Assembly (NCBI GenBank): GCA_964106915.2
Contig: OZ066919.1
Length of the DNA: 64,000 nucleotides
Strand: one strand, 5' to 3'
Origin: Podarcis gaigeae
Taxonomy: Eukaryota
Shown: positions 11,601 through 23,461 of the stretch, piece by piece
Numbering within the stretch: position 1 is the first letter of the stretch
Layout of the letters: every line of letters begins with the position of its first letter
Notes under the pieces: generated by a model
The model's input: only the letters and a program-made list of their open reading frames with translations
Database searches by the model: none
What the model was told of the DNA's origin: nothing
Made by a program: the position numbers and the translations under genes

Positions 11601-14600
11601 TGAATACAGTTTGGTAAAATATTTCTAAGATGTTGAAGCACTGCAAAAATCACTCCGGGAAGGAGAGTGTGAAACAGTCGCTCTTGCTGACAGAGCACTG
11701 ATCTCACATTTCCATTAGCCATTTCTTCTGCTTGTAGTCATCAGAAGCCCGGAGCAAGTATTCCCCAGCATAGAAAAACATTAGTTTTATGTGTATCTCT
11801 TTTCTTTGTCCTTCAGATGGCCTTCAAGGGTGATAAAGTGCGAGTTATCTGATCTACCTTATGTAGAACTAGGAAATGGTTCTTAACAGACCCAGCTGTT
11901 TCTGAAAAGAGAAAAAGCTTAGTACAAGTGGCTGAGAAGCAGTACTTTAATAGCCTTAGGCTGCAATTCTGAAGAAGCCTACAAGGGAGCAAGTCCCAAG
12001 GAAATCAGTAGAACTTACTTGTAAGTAAACATGCTTGGGACCGAGTTATGATGCCGCAAACAAATGAAGAGGCAACAATGATGTTGCGCCAATAAAGTCC
12101 CTCAAACTGTGTAAGTGAAACTGACTAGCAATAGCATCTTGAGAAGAAAAAGTCCCTCAACCTTTTCCTACATAAAAGCATATGCATATATTTGAAGTAA
12201 CTAGCACTGATAGCAGTGAAATACCTTGAACTGAAACCTGTACTCTTTACACTGAAATGTCTAAGCAAATCACTTTTTAAAAACAAATTGTCAACACCAA
12301 ATTATCCTTCAAAAGTTTTATTCTATAAAAAGAATTGTGACCCAATTATAGTTGACAACTTCAGTTTTGAAATTGGTACATGCCGAGCGACTTATTACTG
12401 TCTGCTTGGTTGCAAAAAGCTGCTTGCATGGGCAGAAGGCACTTACATTCCACACTGGGAGCAAGGGCTCCACAATTTCTACCTGTTTGTCTCCCACCCC
12501 TTCTGCAGCTCCCAAACCTGTTGTATAGAGCCTTCTAACTTTCAAGAGCGGCTTTTGGGGGATCAGAAGGGGACCCAGTGCAAAGCAAGAAGGAAAACCT
12601 CCCTATGTAGTGTCTTCAAACCATCATAAAGGGTATATATACAGAAGAGATGAGCAAGCACATTCTTAAGGCTCCACTCTTTGCTTACACTCAAAATGGT
12701 GAAGCTGGCATTTCAGTGTCTGTCATCTGAGAAGGTACATGCCTCAGCTTCACCACCACCTAAATTTCCATTAAAAATAATCTTTATGTTAAAAAGTTAT
12801 TAAAGATGTACTTGGCCCTCTAAACATTCCAGCATAGTTACCATTTATTTTGACTGAAACGTGATATCATTTGTGGATCTCAGTACATGCTAGGATAGGT
12901 TTTACTGATTCCTGTCCCTGCAGGTACTATTGCAAAGAAACATTAATCTCTATGGTGTTGCTTTTTAATGATTTTGCAGCATAAGTTCAGGCACCACAAA
13001 GCAGAAGAACATACTGATAGCTTTGCTAGCAGTGCAAAACTAAAGTTATGTGGTGCTTTTGTAAACCAAAGTAACTAAAAAGGCATTGCAAATGTTGCAT
13101 GTGAGGCACATAAGGTTTTGCTAGCAAAACGATGGTAGCGAGCCAAAGATAGATGGAAAATTGCTTGCTTTTGGGTGTGCTGATAAGTTGCATAAACAAT
13201 GCCCCGCATGTTGGCAAGCAGTTTTCATTGTTTGTGGTCAAACTGGCACTCCTTCAGAGAAAGCATGGAGCATATCATTACTGTGAAATTTACAGTTTGT
13301 TTGAAGGCCTGGGAAATAGTGTCCATCCTTAAGCACAGCTCTTCTTCCCAAAACATGAGGGGAAAGTTCACAGAGGCATTTTACCAAGGTAGGGCAAGCG
13401 TAGGGTCTGGTGCAGAAATTCAGCTTGTGCCATTACCCATTTGCATAAAAGAGCTATGGAGAAGTGTATTATTTACATTGAGATTATCTGGTTGTGCAGA
13501 TTGTAAAGTTTAAATTAGACGCAAGAAACTGTATCTAGATGTGCACCTGCCTAGTGCACTGAGCAATCCTTAGCTGGTATTTGCTGGGGAGATAGATTTA
13601 CAGGCGTTTCTTTTCAACCTTTTAAGTAGGATCAGGCAGTTGTAGAATCTTGCAGCCAAGCAGAATATATTCTTCAGATATGGCCTGTGTAGGTTAAAAA
13701 ATGATTAAAATAAACGACAATTTTGGCATCCATGTTGCCCTTTGAACACACTATTTGTGGTTTAGCTCTAGCTTTCCTGTGTATATACAGAACACCTAGA
13801 AAACAAAATACCCCACTTCCTTGAAAGCATCCTGGATGTTAAAATACAAATGCTTCCCAGTATTATTTTAGTTCACAATTTAACACGGGGCAACTTCATG
13901 TGTCAGCTTAATATTTCAAGGGACATATATAATGAAAAACCCCAAATACATTGATCTGGTTGCTATTACCAAGAGCCAGTTTAGAAAGCTTCAACCTAGA
14001 AAGGATTTGTTTCCTGAAAGTAGGGTTATAAAGGATTAGAATAAAGAAGAATAAACTTAGACATATTACATAGCATCCTTGGGTTTGAATATGTTCTCTG
14101 TTTCAGCAAACTCCTGTTTCTTTCCTAGCTGCTCTGGAATAACGGGAGGTGATTTTTCTAATTAAGAGGCATGCTTTGCCTTTTGTGTAACTGGCAGTTC
14201 ATCAACTCATTATGCTAGCTGTTTTGGCTACAATTTTGGCTTCCATCGACCAAGTCTTAAGACTTCAGCTTGCTTTCCTGGCCTGAGCATCCTACAGGGT
14301 GGTGTCCATTAGCAAGCATCGAAAGGAGACTGTGCATACCCTCAGTGTGCATGTAGCCCCTCAGGAGCCGGGTGGGGAGGGGAAATGCTACACATAAGCA
14401 CGTTACTTTTAGATGCTTGTGACAGATGCTAGAGAGTCTATTGCTGTGCTCGCTATGTTTGAAGCCTCCTTGGTGCATTTTATGCCACGGAGCAAGAAGC
14501 CATATTAATGCACTGCTTTTCACATTCTTGCCGCCTGCCATAGCGCCAACGTTTCCCTTGGAGGAGCATGGCTGCTACTGCAAACCTGCACGGTCACCTA

Positions 14601-14826
14601 AGCAGTGTTGCAGGAGTGGCAACTCCTGGATCTTTTTGCAAGTCACCTCCATTCACCTGGAGGTACATGTCATAGGTCCAATCAGAGGGATGTGATTCTA
14701 AACTGATAGATCTTTCAACAGCTGGGTTCTTCTGCTCGCTGTATCTTGCAGAAAGACACTCTACTCTCTCAAGGCTCACTGTACTTTTGAAATTATGAAC
14801 CAAGAAGACTGGTGGGTGTAGGAGAT

Positions 14827-15318
14827 CAGGGCTTCCAGAACTTGGGTCTCCAGCTGTTTTTTGACTAAAATTCCCATTATCCCTGACTACTGGTCCTGTG
14901 GGTTAAAGCCTCAGCGCCTAGGACTTGCCGATCGAAAGGTCGGCGGTTCGAATCCCTGCGGCGGGGTGCGCTCCCGCTGCTCAGTCCCAGCGCCTGCCAA
15001 CCTAGCAGTTCGAAAGCACCTCCGGGTGCAAGTAGATAAATAGGGACCGCTCACCAGCGGGAAGGTAAACAGCGTTTCCGTGTGCGGCTCTGGCTCGCCA
15101 GAGCAGCGATGTCACGCTGGCCACGTGACCCGGAAGTGTCTTCGGACAGCGCTGGCCCCTGGCCTCTTGAGTGAGATGGGCGCACAACCCCAGAGTCTGT
15201 CAAGACTGGCCCGTACGGGCAGGGGTACCTTTACCTTTACCTTTACTGGTCCTGCTAGCTAGGGATGATGGGAGTTGTAGTCCAAAAACAGCTGGAGACC
15301 CAAGTTTGGGAAACCCTG
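14827..15318. mobile_element. Hairpin hAT-type MITE interrupted by a Sauria SINE
   Basis: Arms cagggcttccagaacttgggtctccagctgtttt / aaaacagctggagacccaagtttgggaaaccctg are long inverted repeats; an uninterrupted relative lies at 29552-29676. Confidence 0.85.
14896..15246 (+). mobile_element. Sauria SINE, young subfamily, slightly 5'-truncated
   Basis: CpG-rich, B box ggttcgaatcc, (ACCTTT)n tail, direct repeat tactggtcctg at 14888-14898 and 15244-15254. Confidence 0.95.
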
Positions 15319-17587
15319 ATCTAAATGGTTAGTGGGCCAAGGTTAGCAGCAGTTTAGGAAATGAGGGTTAGAACTTAGAGAAGGTGAGAAACAGGAATAA
15401 GGGGGTAGAGGAGAAGGCCAGAAACAGGAATCTGAGTGGGAGAAAGCTGGAAGGGCAACGAAATAGCTGCCTGTCTGGCGAGAGGTGAGGATTTATATTC
15501 TGATTTCAAAAGAACAGCCACATCTTTGTCTACAAGCAAAACTGCCATCCTATCATGATAGTATGAAACCATTGATTAAAATAATTGAGCAATCATTAAT
15601 TAAAATGCCATTTGGTAAAAGATATCCTGCAATCAACTTCTTTTTTTAAAGGGAGTTCTGTAACAGCACAATTCATTGCACGCATATTCAGAAGCAAGCC
15701 TCACTAACTTCAGTGGAGTTTATTTCCATCTTCTAGATTATTTGAGGCATGATGGTGTCTTTTGTACTGTGGCAAGAACAAAGCAGCCATGTCTGTTCCC
15801 TCAGCAAAAAAATTGTGGTGCTTTGCAGCAATAAAAATAGCAGCATCTGTAGTATACCATACAGCTAAGTATTTACTGTCCAATACCAGAATTTGCTGCA
15901 GTACTGCCAATATGGCAGTTGATGCTCAGAACCCAAGTCCCTTTTTTTGCACTGTGTGTGTATAACAATGCAAACAGCACCAGGGATGCACAAGGGATGG
16001 CTTATGTTTGCTACACTGAGACTGGGTCACCTGAGATTGAGCAGGAGTCCTTATTTTATCACTGACTGACATTAAGAACTGCTAACAATTCTTTTTTCAA
16101 AACTTCTCATTCAGCTAATAATATAATGAAGGTGTTTGGAAGAGATGGCATCCTATCAGACACAACACTGGCCATGTGGAATGGGTAAAGGACCAGGTAC
16201 TACTAGCTACAAAAAACAAATTTAAATGCAGCTAATGTAGTTCTTACCACATGTGTGAAAAACTGCAGATTTTATAAAAAGTGACAATCTGTAGGAGTCT
16301 GTAAACTCAGAAACAAGAGCCATACATTTTGATGGGCTTGTGATTTCCTTGACAAACATTTTCTAGCTTTGATTAGGGTTCTTGGCTGACATATTGGACA
16401 GGCTCAATGAACTTAATGTTTGCCTGCAAGGCAAGACCTGGAATATCTTCATTATGTTTCAGAAAGGATGGCATTCTTCTAAAAATTATGCTATGGAATA
16501 GCTCTGTGCAGCAAGATAATTTCATTTTGTTTGTCTGGGGACTTGTGTCCTAACCACACATTCCTTGTCTACTTTAAGTCGAGGAACAGGATCTTGCTGC
16601 CCCCCACAACCCATCCTCTGGGCCACATGTTGCATAAAATGCTGGAATGAAAAGGTCTACAGGAGGAAAGTTCAGTATATGCAGACCCAGCTGATGCAAT
16701 AGTTTTTCCTGCTCAAATAGTTGGGGAAAGAGTAGACCACACAAATCAGACCTACTCAATTTAAATGGTGCATTAAACACCATTTTGTCACATGCAGCTT
16801 ATGAATGTGGGGTGGCCCTTGGAGGAGGGCGTGGTGTTCATGTCCCACTGCACATAACTGCATGTTTTAAGATGAGCTGGGCTTTGGAAATGCCAGTACT
16901 CGAAAGTGAGAAGCTTGTCTCATCTCGTGATTCAGCACACATATTCCTGGAGAAAAAAATGGCAATTAAAACAGCATGATTTTAGTAGAGCTTCAGAGTG
17001 AATTTTGCCTTTGTGCAAGGGAACCTCGTCAAAGTTGGAAGTCATCCTATTTTGAGCAATTGTAAAATTACATCTCATGAGCTCTCAAGTAAACTAGAAT
17101 TTCCTGAGCTAGCAAGAAACAAAAATGGTTCAAATACTTGCTAAGTTTGCTTTGATGCCATGCCAAAAATAGAACGCATTTCATGTGGTATCATCCCAGC
17201 AAATATTTCTTTGGATGAATGAAAACACAAACAAAAATCTGTTTTGGAAAACATTCTGACATATAAACTTACACATGTGTGCTAAGTAATGCCTTTTGAA
17301 AGACATTATGTCTGAACTAGCCCAGCATATTGATTAATACACATTTTGGGAATTAAAGAATCATCAGTTTGCAGAGAAAATATTAATAATCAACTCTCAG
17401 AGTCATTTACATTCAAATTAAGTGAACACCATTGAAAATAGTTTCCCCCCATTAATCAAGGGGTGCTAGAAATTAAGTCCCACAAATCTACCATTCCTCA
17501 AAAAGCTTCCAATAAACACATATATTTTAATTGTACTTTCAATTACAGACTTCAATCCTGTCTCTTAAACATGAAGATCTGCTCACC

Positions 17588-17640
17588 TCAGTTGATGAGG
17601 GACTTAAGGTACTCAAAGCTGTTGGCAGGTTGGAGATAGT
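17588..17640 (-). CDS. ITGB3BP: ITGB3BP/CENP-R last coding exon with stop
   Basis: Minus strand ttgttttacag|AC TAT...; (D)YLQPANSFEYLKSLIN then TGA, aligning to recalled human HLDSYEFLKAILN*; donor TGAG|gtgagc one nt after the stop. Confidence 0.9.
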
Positions 17641-18244
17641 CTGTAAAACAAAGAACATTTTTTTCGCATAACAAGAAAACCAATACAATTATATGTTGCA
17701 GTTTATACTTACAGTATAGAAAATGAAAAATCTAACATAGTCACTGGACACAATCTAACATGTAGTTGGGCCTACTGTTTTCATTGAGATGCATTTATCT
17801 TGTGGAACACAAATTGCTTTTAAACACAAGTTAATGCAAATGTTGAAGATTCTATTTTAACAATAGGGACAAAAACAGAGGCTTACTCAAAAGGATTCAG
17901 TGGGTTGTTAGAACTTCAAGCTCTTAGGATTTGGCAAGTTAAAAACTGAGGTAAGAAAGAGCTCCAAGCCTACCACCAACACATTCTTGTGCTGACCATC
18001 AGGAAGCCACTTTTGTCAGGTATGTTGCTAGGTCAGCCTTACCCCAACGTGTTGCTCAACAGATGTTCTGGACGACAACCCCTATAATCCCCAGCTAGTA
18101 CAGGCCACAATCAGAGATCATGAGAGCTTACAAGGTCCAAGGCATTTGAAGGACATAAGATTGGGAGGACTTGATGCTTGCTACTTTAACAGCCCTGTGG
18201 CTGAGGCCCATGACACAAGCTAATTTATATGTATAGGTATCCCT

Positions 18245-18756
18245 GGAGATTGCTTCTTGGGAGAAAAGCAATGACAAACCTAGATAGCATCTTAAAAAGC
18301 AGAGACATCACCTTGCCAACAAAGGCCCGTATAGTTAAAGCTATGGTTTTCCCAGTAGTGATATATGGAAGTGAGCTGGACCATAAAGAAGGCTGAAGAA
18401 TTGATGCTTTTGAATTATGGTGCTGGAGGAGACTCTTGAGAGTCTCATGGACTGCAAGAAGATCAAACCTATCCACTCTTAAGGAAATCAGCCCTGAGTG
18501 CTCACGGGAAGGACAGATCCTGAAGCTGAGGCTCCAATACTTTGGCCACCTCATGAGAAGAGAGTCGTCCCTGGAAAAGACCCTGATGTTGGGAAAGATT
18601 GAGGGCACAAGGAGAAGGGGATGACAGAGGATGAGATAGTTTGTGTTCTTGAAGCTACTAACATGAGTTTGACCAAACTGCGGGAGGCAGTGGAAGACAG
18701 GAGTGCCTGGCGTGCTCCGGTCCATGGGGTCACAAAGACACAACTAAGCAACAACA
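18245..18756 (+). mobile_element. BovB (RTE) LINE 3' fragment
   Basis: Typical BovB 3' text (cttgggagaaaagcaatgacaaacctagatagcatcttaaaaagcagagacatcacc...); translated piece RVSWTARRSNLSTLKEISPECSREGQILKLRLQYFGHLMRR; ends in a (CAA)n-like tail. Confidence 0.93.
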
Positions 18757-18833
18757 TCCCTGGAGAATGAAGATGGTAGTACTGGGGAACACTACTTTGC
18801 TTATGGGATGTGCCCACTGCAAAGTCAGTGATC

Positions 18834-18835
<2 letters not shown>

Positions 18836-18882
<47 letters not shown>
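18836..18882. repeat. (TA)n microsatellite
   Basis: About 23 perfect TA units. Confidence 0.97.
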
Positions 18883-18885
<3 letters not shown>

Positions 18886-19104
18886 TGTGTGTGTAGGAAC
18901 AAGCAGGAGATCTGAGACTCACCAACAAAGGTCCAGTCTTCTTGTCTATGTCTTGTCCTGTGTTTATTGTAACAATATCAGGCCCCACAGTGGGCTTCTT
19001 ACCATTCCATTTTGCCCTTTCTCCAACAATGCAACAAGTTAGTCAAGATACTGGCTTTCCCAGGGTCTTACAGAGTGTTCAATGGTCAGTGGGGATTTGG
19101 GGTT

Positions 19105-19276
19105 ACATAGGAAGCTCCTTATACCAAGTCAGACCGTTGGCCCATCTAAGTAAGTGTTGTAAATACTGTCCAGCAGCCAGGACTCTTTCCCAGCTCCAGC
19201 TGCAGATGCCAGGGATTCAGCCTGGGACCCTGGCCACGCTATGGATGCCCTCTTACCACTGAGCTACAGCCCTTCT
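19105..19276 (-). mobile_element. Old tRNA/L2-tail SINE (Squam3-like)
   Basis: Minus strand begins agggctgtagctcagtggtaagag (A box) and ends ctgacttggtataaggagcttcctatgt. Confidence 0.75.
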
Positions 19277-19701
19277 TACAGATTCTGGTCACTGCACCAC
19301 AGGGGCTCTGAGCTGAATCAGAATCAACTGTGATGCTGTGTAGAGACCTTAATCAACTTTGCCATTCAACTTCAAGAGACCTGCCCAGGTCAAGGGGCGT
19401 TACACAAGTCTTTCTAGAGAACCACCCTAATCTGCTTGTGCAAAGTGGGGGAGAATCTTCTGTTCCTCTACCCATCCACCAGCACAGTGAAAGGTCATGA
19501 TCTAGTTGAAAGTTTACTCTCTTTTATGCATGTGTGTGCAAGTTTAAATGCTTTAAACCATGAACAGCTCTAAAGTGGAGAGGGAGAGAGGAAAAAATGG
19601 CCACCTGTCTGGTGATATAAAACCAATCTTCTCTTAAATGTGCCAGAATAATTTTTCTCCACCTCAACTACAGTTAAAACCTTCAGTCTATTCATTACTG
19701 T

Positions 19702-20225
19702 NNNNNNNNNNNNNNNNNNNNNNNNNNNNNNNNNNNNNNNNNNNNNNNNNNNNNNNNNNNNNNNNNNNNNNNNNNNNNNNNNNNNNNNNNNNNNNNNNNN
19801 NNNNNNNNNNNNNNNNNNNNNNNNNNNNNNNNNNNNNNNNNNNNNNNNNNNNNNNNNNNNNNNNNNNNNNNNNNNNNNNNNNNNNNNNNNNNNNNNNNNN
19901 NNNNNNNNNNNNNNNNNNNNNNNNNNNNNNNNNNNNNNNNNNNNNNNNNNNNNNNNNNNNNNNNNNNNNNNNNNNNNNNNNNNNNNNNNNNNNNNNNNNN
20001 NNNNNNNNNNNNNNNNNNNNNNNNNNNNNNNNNAATACGCAACAGTGTCTGTGNNNNNNNNNNNNNNNNNNNNNNNNNNNNNNNNNNNNNNNNNNNNNNN
20101 NNNNNNNNNNNNNNNNNNNNNNNNNNNNNNNNNNNNNNNNNNNNNNNNNNNNNNNNNNNNNNNNNNNNNNNNNNNNNNNNNNNNNNNNNNNNNNNNNNNN
20201 NNNNNNNNNNNNNNNNNNNNNNNNN
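19702..20225. other. Assembly gaps (N 19702-20033 and 20054-20225) with a 20-nt island between them
   Basis: Directly visible N runs. Confidence 0.99.
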
Positions 20226-23119
20226 TATTTGTAATGTCTGGATAGCAAGTTATTTACACCTCTTAAAATGTAATTGCTATTAAGTGACTCCAAACCAATG
20301 CACCTTTTCTTTTTTATTATTTAAAATAACTATTGTACGTCTCAAAGAAGACATATTTAGGAGAATTTATAGTAATGTACGAATTACTATACATAACACT
20401 TATATAATTAATAGATTTCATTTCACCTGATATCTAATGTCAGAGTTTGGTTTTTTTGTAAAAAGCATTGTAGGAAGAGATCTGCAAGAAAAACACGTTG
20501 TAAAAGTAATGCATCAAAGTTCATGTACAATGGCTGAATGGTAGACCTTCATATAAGGAATGCAGTTTGACAGGTCAGTGAATGTTTGTGCACATCTGTA
20601 TGGTTGGTTGTGTATATATATCTGAAGCTTTATAGTCATATGTCTCATATGCATTTCTCTGTGTGCCACCAAAGTTAATAGCTTAATATTTCATCTACAT
20701 AGCATAGGACAGTAAATAATTGGAGAAGTTTGTAGTTTGCCTCCCAAGTATCTATCACACTTGTAGCTCCGGCCTGTGATGCTAAACATGCCAAAAGCTG
20801 TATTTTAAAATTCACACCCTAATTACAGCCACATATTAACATAAGTGTCTTTGGGGAAACAAAGCATTTTTTTGTTGAGATGAGAAAAAGATCTAATCAT
20901 GCAGTATTTGTAGGTCAAATGAATAACTGAGTTCTGACCATTTTTCTTCACAATAAGTAGTATCTCTCTACTAGACAGATTAAAGTCTCACCTGAAGCAA
21001 AAACACCCCACAAAAATCAATACAGCCAAAACTTTGTCTCTTACAAAATAATCTCAAGAGTGGCACAGACTTTGAGGCAACCAAGGCTGCAATCTTACAC
21101 ACTTGCCTGCGAGTAAGTCCAGGGTGCCAGCAGTATAATGGGTCCAATGCACTCTATGTGGATTAGGCCTTATGCCCCCTCTTGCAAAAGAGGACACAAA
21201 TTGGTTTAAGCTTTGTATCCTATTTTGCACAGTTTGATTGGACAACCCCAAAACAAATTAGGGTCACACAAGTAATAAAATGTTTGACAGACTGAATGTG
21301 AACAGGTAGAGCTTTTTTCCATACCAGAAAAAGGCTTCACCTGTTGAATTTTGACCTGCCACACAGCTGTTAAAGACAGCTCTCTGGAAGAGGAGTGGAC
21401 ACAAAGCCTGAGGCTTGCTCAAGGTCATCCCCATCACAACAAACCATAGTTTATCATGTCATCATAACACAGCCAGTATAAGGCAGATCCCTCTGTTCTT
21501 CACAAAAGAGCACCTAAAAAGTGCAAGGGATGAGGTAGTAACTAACAGGACAAGAGCACTTATTAGCTCTGTTCACCGTTTTAAATGTCAGGCAATATCT
21601 TCCCAATTCATCCCACAATTTTTTCCCGTTGAAAATCTTTTGTTCCTTTTTTAATCTTCTGGGACAACTGGACTGGAACCAAGTCACTACATGGTTGCAG
21701 CAGCTTGGACACCCCACCCCAAACTGTAGACTCAGATACAGTCCGCTAGCCTTCATTTGCCCACCTCTGATCTACACTGGGTGATGATGGGAAACTGGAC
21801 AAGCTGGACCAAATCAGGTTGGAAGCAGTACATCAAAGCTGTGTAACAGAGAACAGCACTTTTTAAAGCCTGCAGAACTTTGGTGCTTTGTCTTGCATTG
21901 AACAAAAACATTTGTAAACAAATCTTTCAATCCTGGTTGATTGGGGAAGAGTTGAGTAAAAAGTCTCTTTTAGATCTAGCATTTACTGAAACCCTCCCTA
22001 AGAACCAGCAGGATAAAGGTTCGTTTTGTTTGTATTCACTCCCACAAAATGCTAAAACTGTTAAAAAGTTCCCCTTTGAAATATGCAGAGTGCAACCTAC
22101 ACACACATAAAGCATGCTTTGGACAGCAGCAACATGACTAGATTTCATCTCCTGGCAGCTGCTCTCAAGTTTGCTTACATTCTCTTCAAAAAACATTTTG
22201 TTTACTGTAAATGCTAGTCATGGGCAAACAATGGGGCCATTTTTTATGTTGCTAATGCAGAATGATATACTAAGATCCACATAATGCTGCCCATTGACAA
22301 AGGAATGTTCTGAATTAAGTTGTTTTAAGTAGAGGCTGTTTATGTAAAGTAAATAAATTTCATGCCTTACCATGTGATGATAATGTGACATTCCATCTGT
22401 ATCAAGCCAAAGAATAGTCATAGGTTTCATGTCCTGAGCGTAACTAATTAAAAATAATTATGGAAAACCACATCCAAAAGTAAAAAAGCTAAATAAAGAA
22501 GACAGTCTTTCTCCAGCCTTTATTTTCATTAGGACAGCAGAAGGGATCAAAGTTCCCATTCAAGAAGTATTTATTATATTGTTAACATGCTAAAAGTGCG
22601 TCATTTTGACCCATATGATTTCAGAGTCATACTAAATTTTCACTGCTTGGGTCATTAGTGTTACAAATGGAAGAAACATTATGATGCAGCATGTTTCACT
22701 GTTGTTCTTGAGCACAAATAAGGCTATATGGTTGCTTTACTTAGAAAGCAACTAAAGAGATGCTTAGTATACTATGGCACTGGTTTCTGTGGGCTTCATT
22801 AGGCTAAGAAGAGAGTGGGAGAATTTGTAAGCGAAACCAACTTCAGGACGAGTAAGAATTCCGCCAAATGAAAATTCCTTAAGCAAACTCGCTCTTCTGT
22901 CCTGGTTTTCTGCAGCCCAACTTGACCGATTTTCTAAACTTGCAGCTGTAAGGATTCTTGTATGTGACCAAGATTAGATTTCCCAGCTTAAAATTGGTCA
23001 CGGATATTCTAGCGATTGGTTTCCAGACGGTAGCTTGGATCCAGACTTTGCTCCCATCAGCAAGCTCATCTCCTGCATGGAGTTCTCCTTGGGGACACTT
23101 GGGGAAAGTGGGAGAGAGG

Positions 23120-23461
23120 CAGGGCTGGCCCACCCATACAGCAAGATGAGGTGACTGCCTCAAGTGGCAAGATCCACAGGGGTAGACCCGGCCTCCAAGG
23201 AATGCATTGCCCACTGCTGTGGCTACAGCAACAACACATAGAGCATACTCCTTGGACGCTGGATCTGACACCTCCTCAGCAGCCCCACCCCACCCCAATG
23301 CCTTCTCTACAGTGGCCTCTTGGCGAATAGGAGGTGCTGCTGGTCTCCTCCCACCCTCGTTCCTTGTTCCCATGCACTTCACTCATCTCTTCTTCCTTGG
23401 CAGGGGAGAAGCACCATTTTGTGTTTCGCCTCAGGTGCCAAAATGTCCTGGGCCGGCCCTG
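23120..23461. mobile_element. Non-autonomous hAT element (CAGGGCYGGCCC TIR)
   Basis: TIRs cagggctggccc / gggccggccctg; 8-bp flanks gagagagg / gagagggg (7/8 match). Similar termini occur near 42660-42712 and 53195-53225. Confidence 0.8.

Noticed and set aside
18225-18988. 172-aa and 145-aa minus-strand ORFs
   Set aside because: Antisense reading of the BovB fragment and the (TA)n repeat.
19638-20293. Long ORFs of 115-201 aa in the ORF track
   Set aside because: They run through N gaps and are artefacts.
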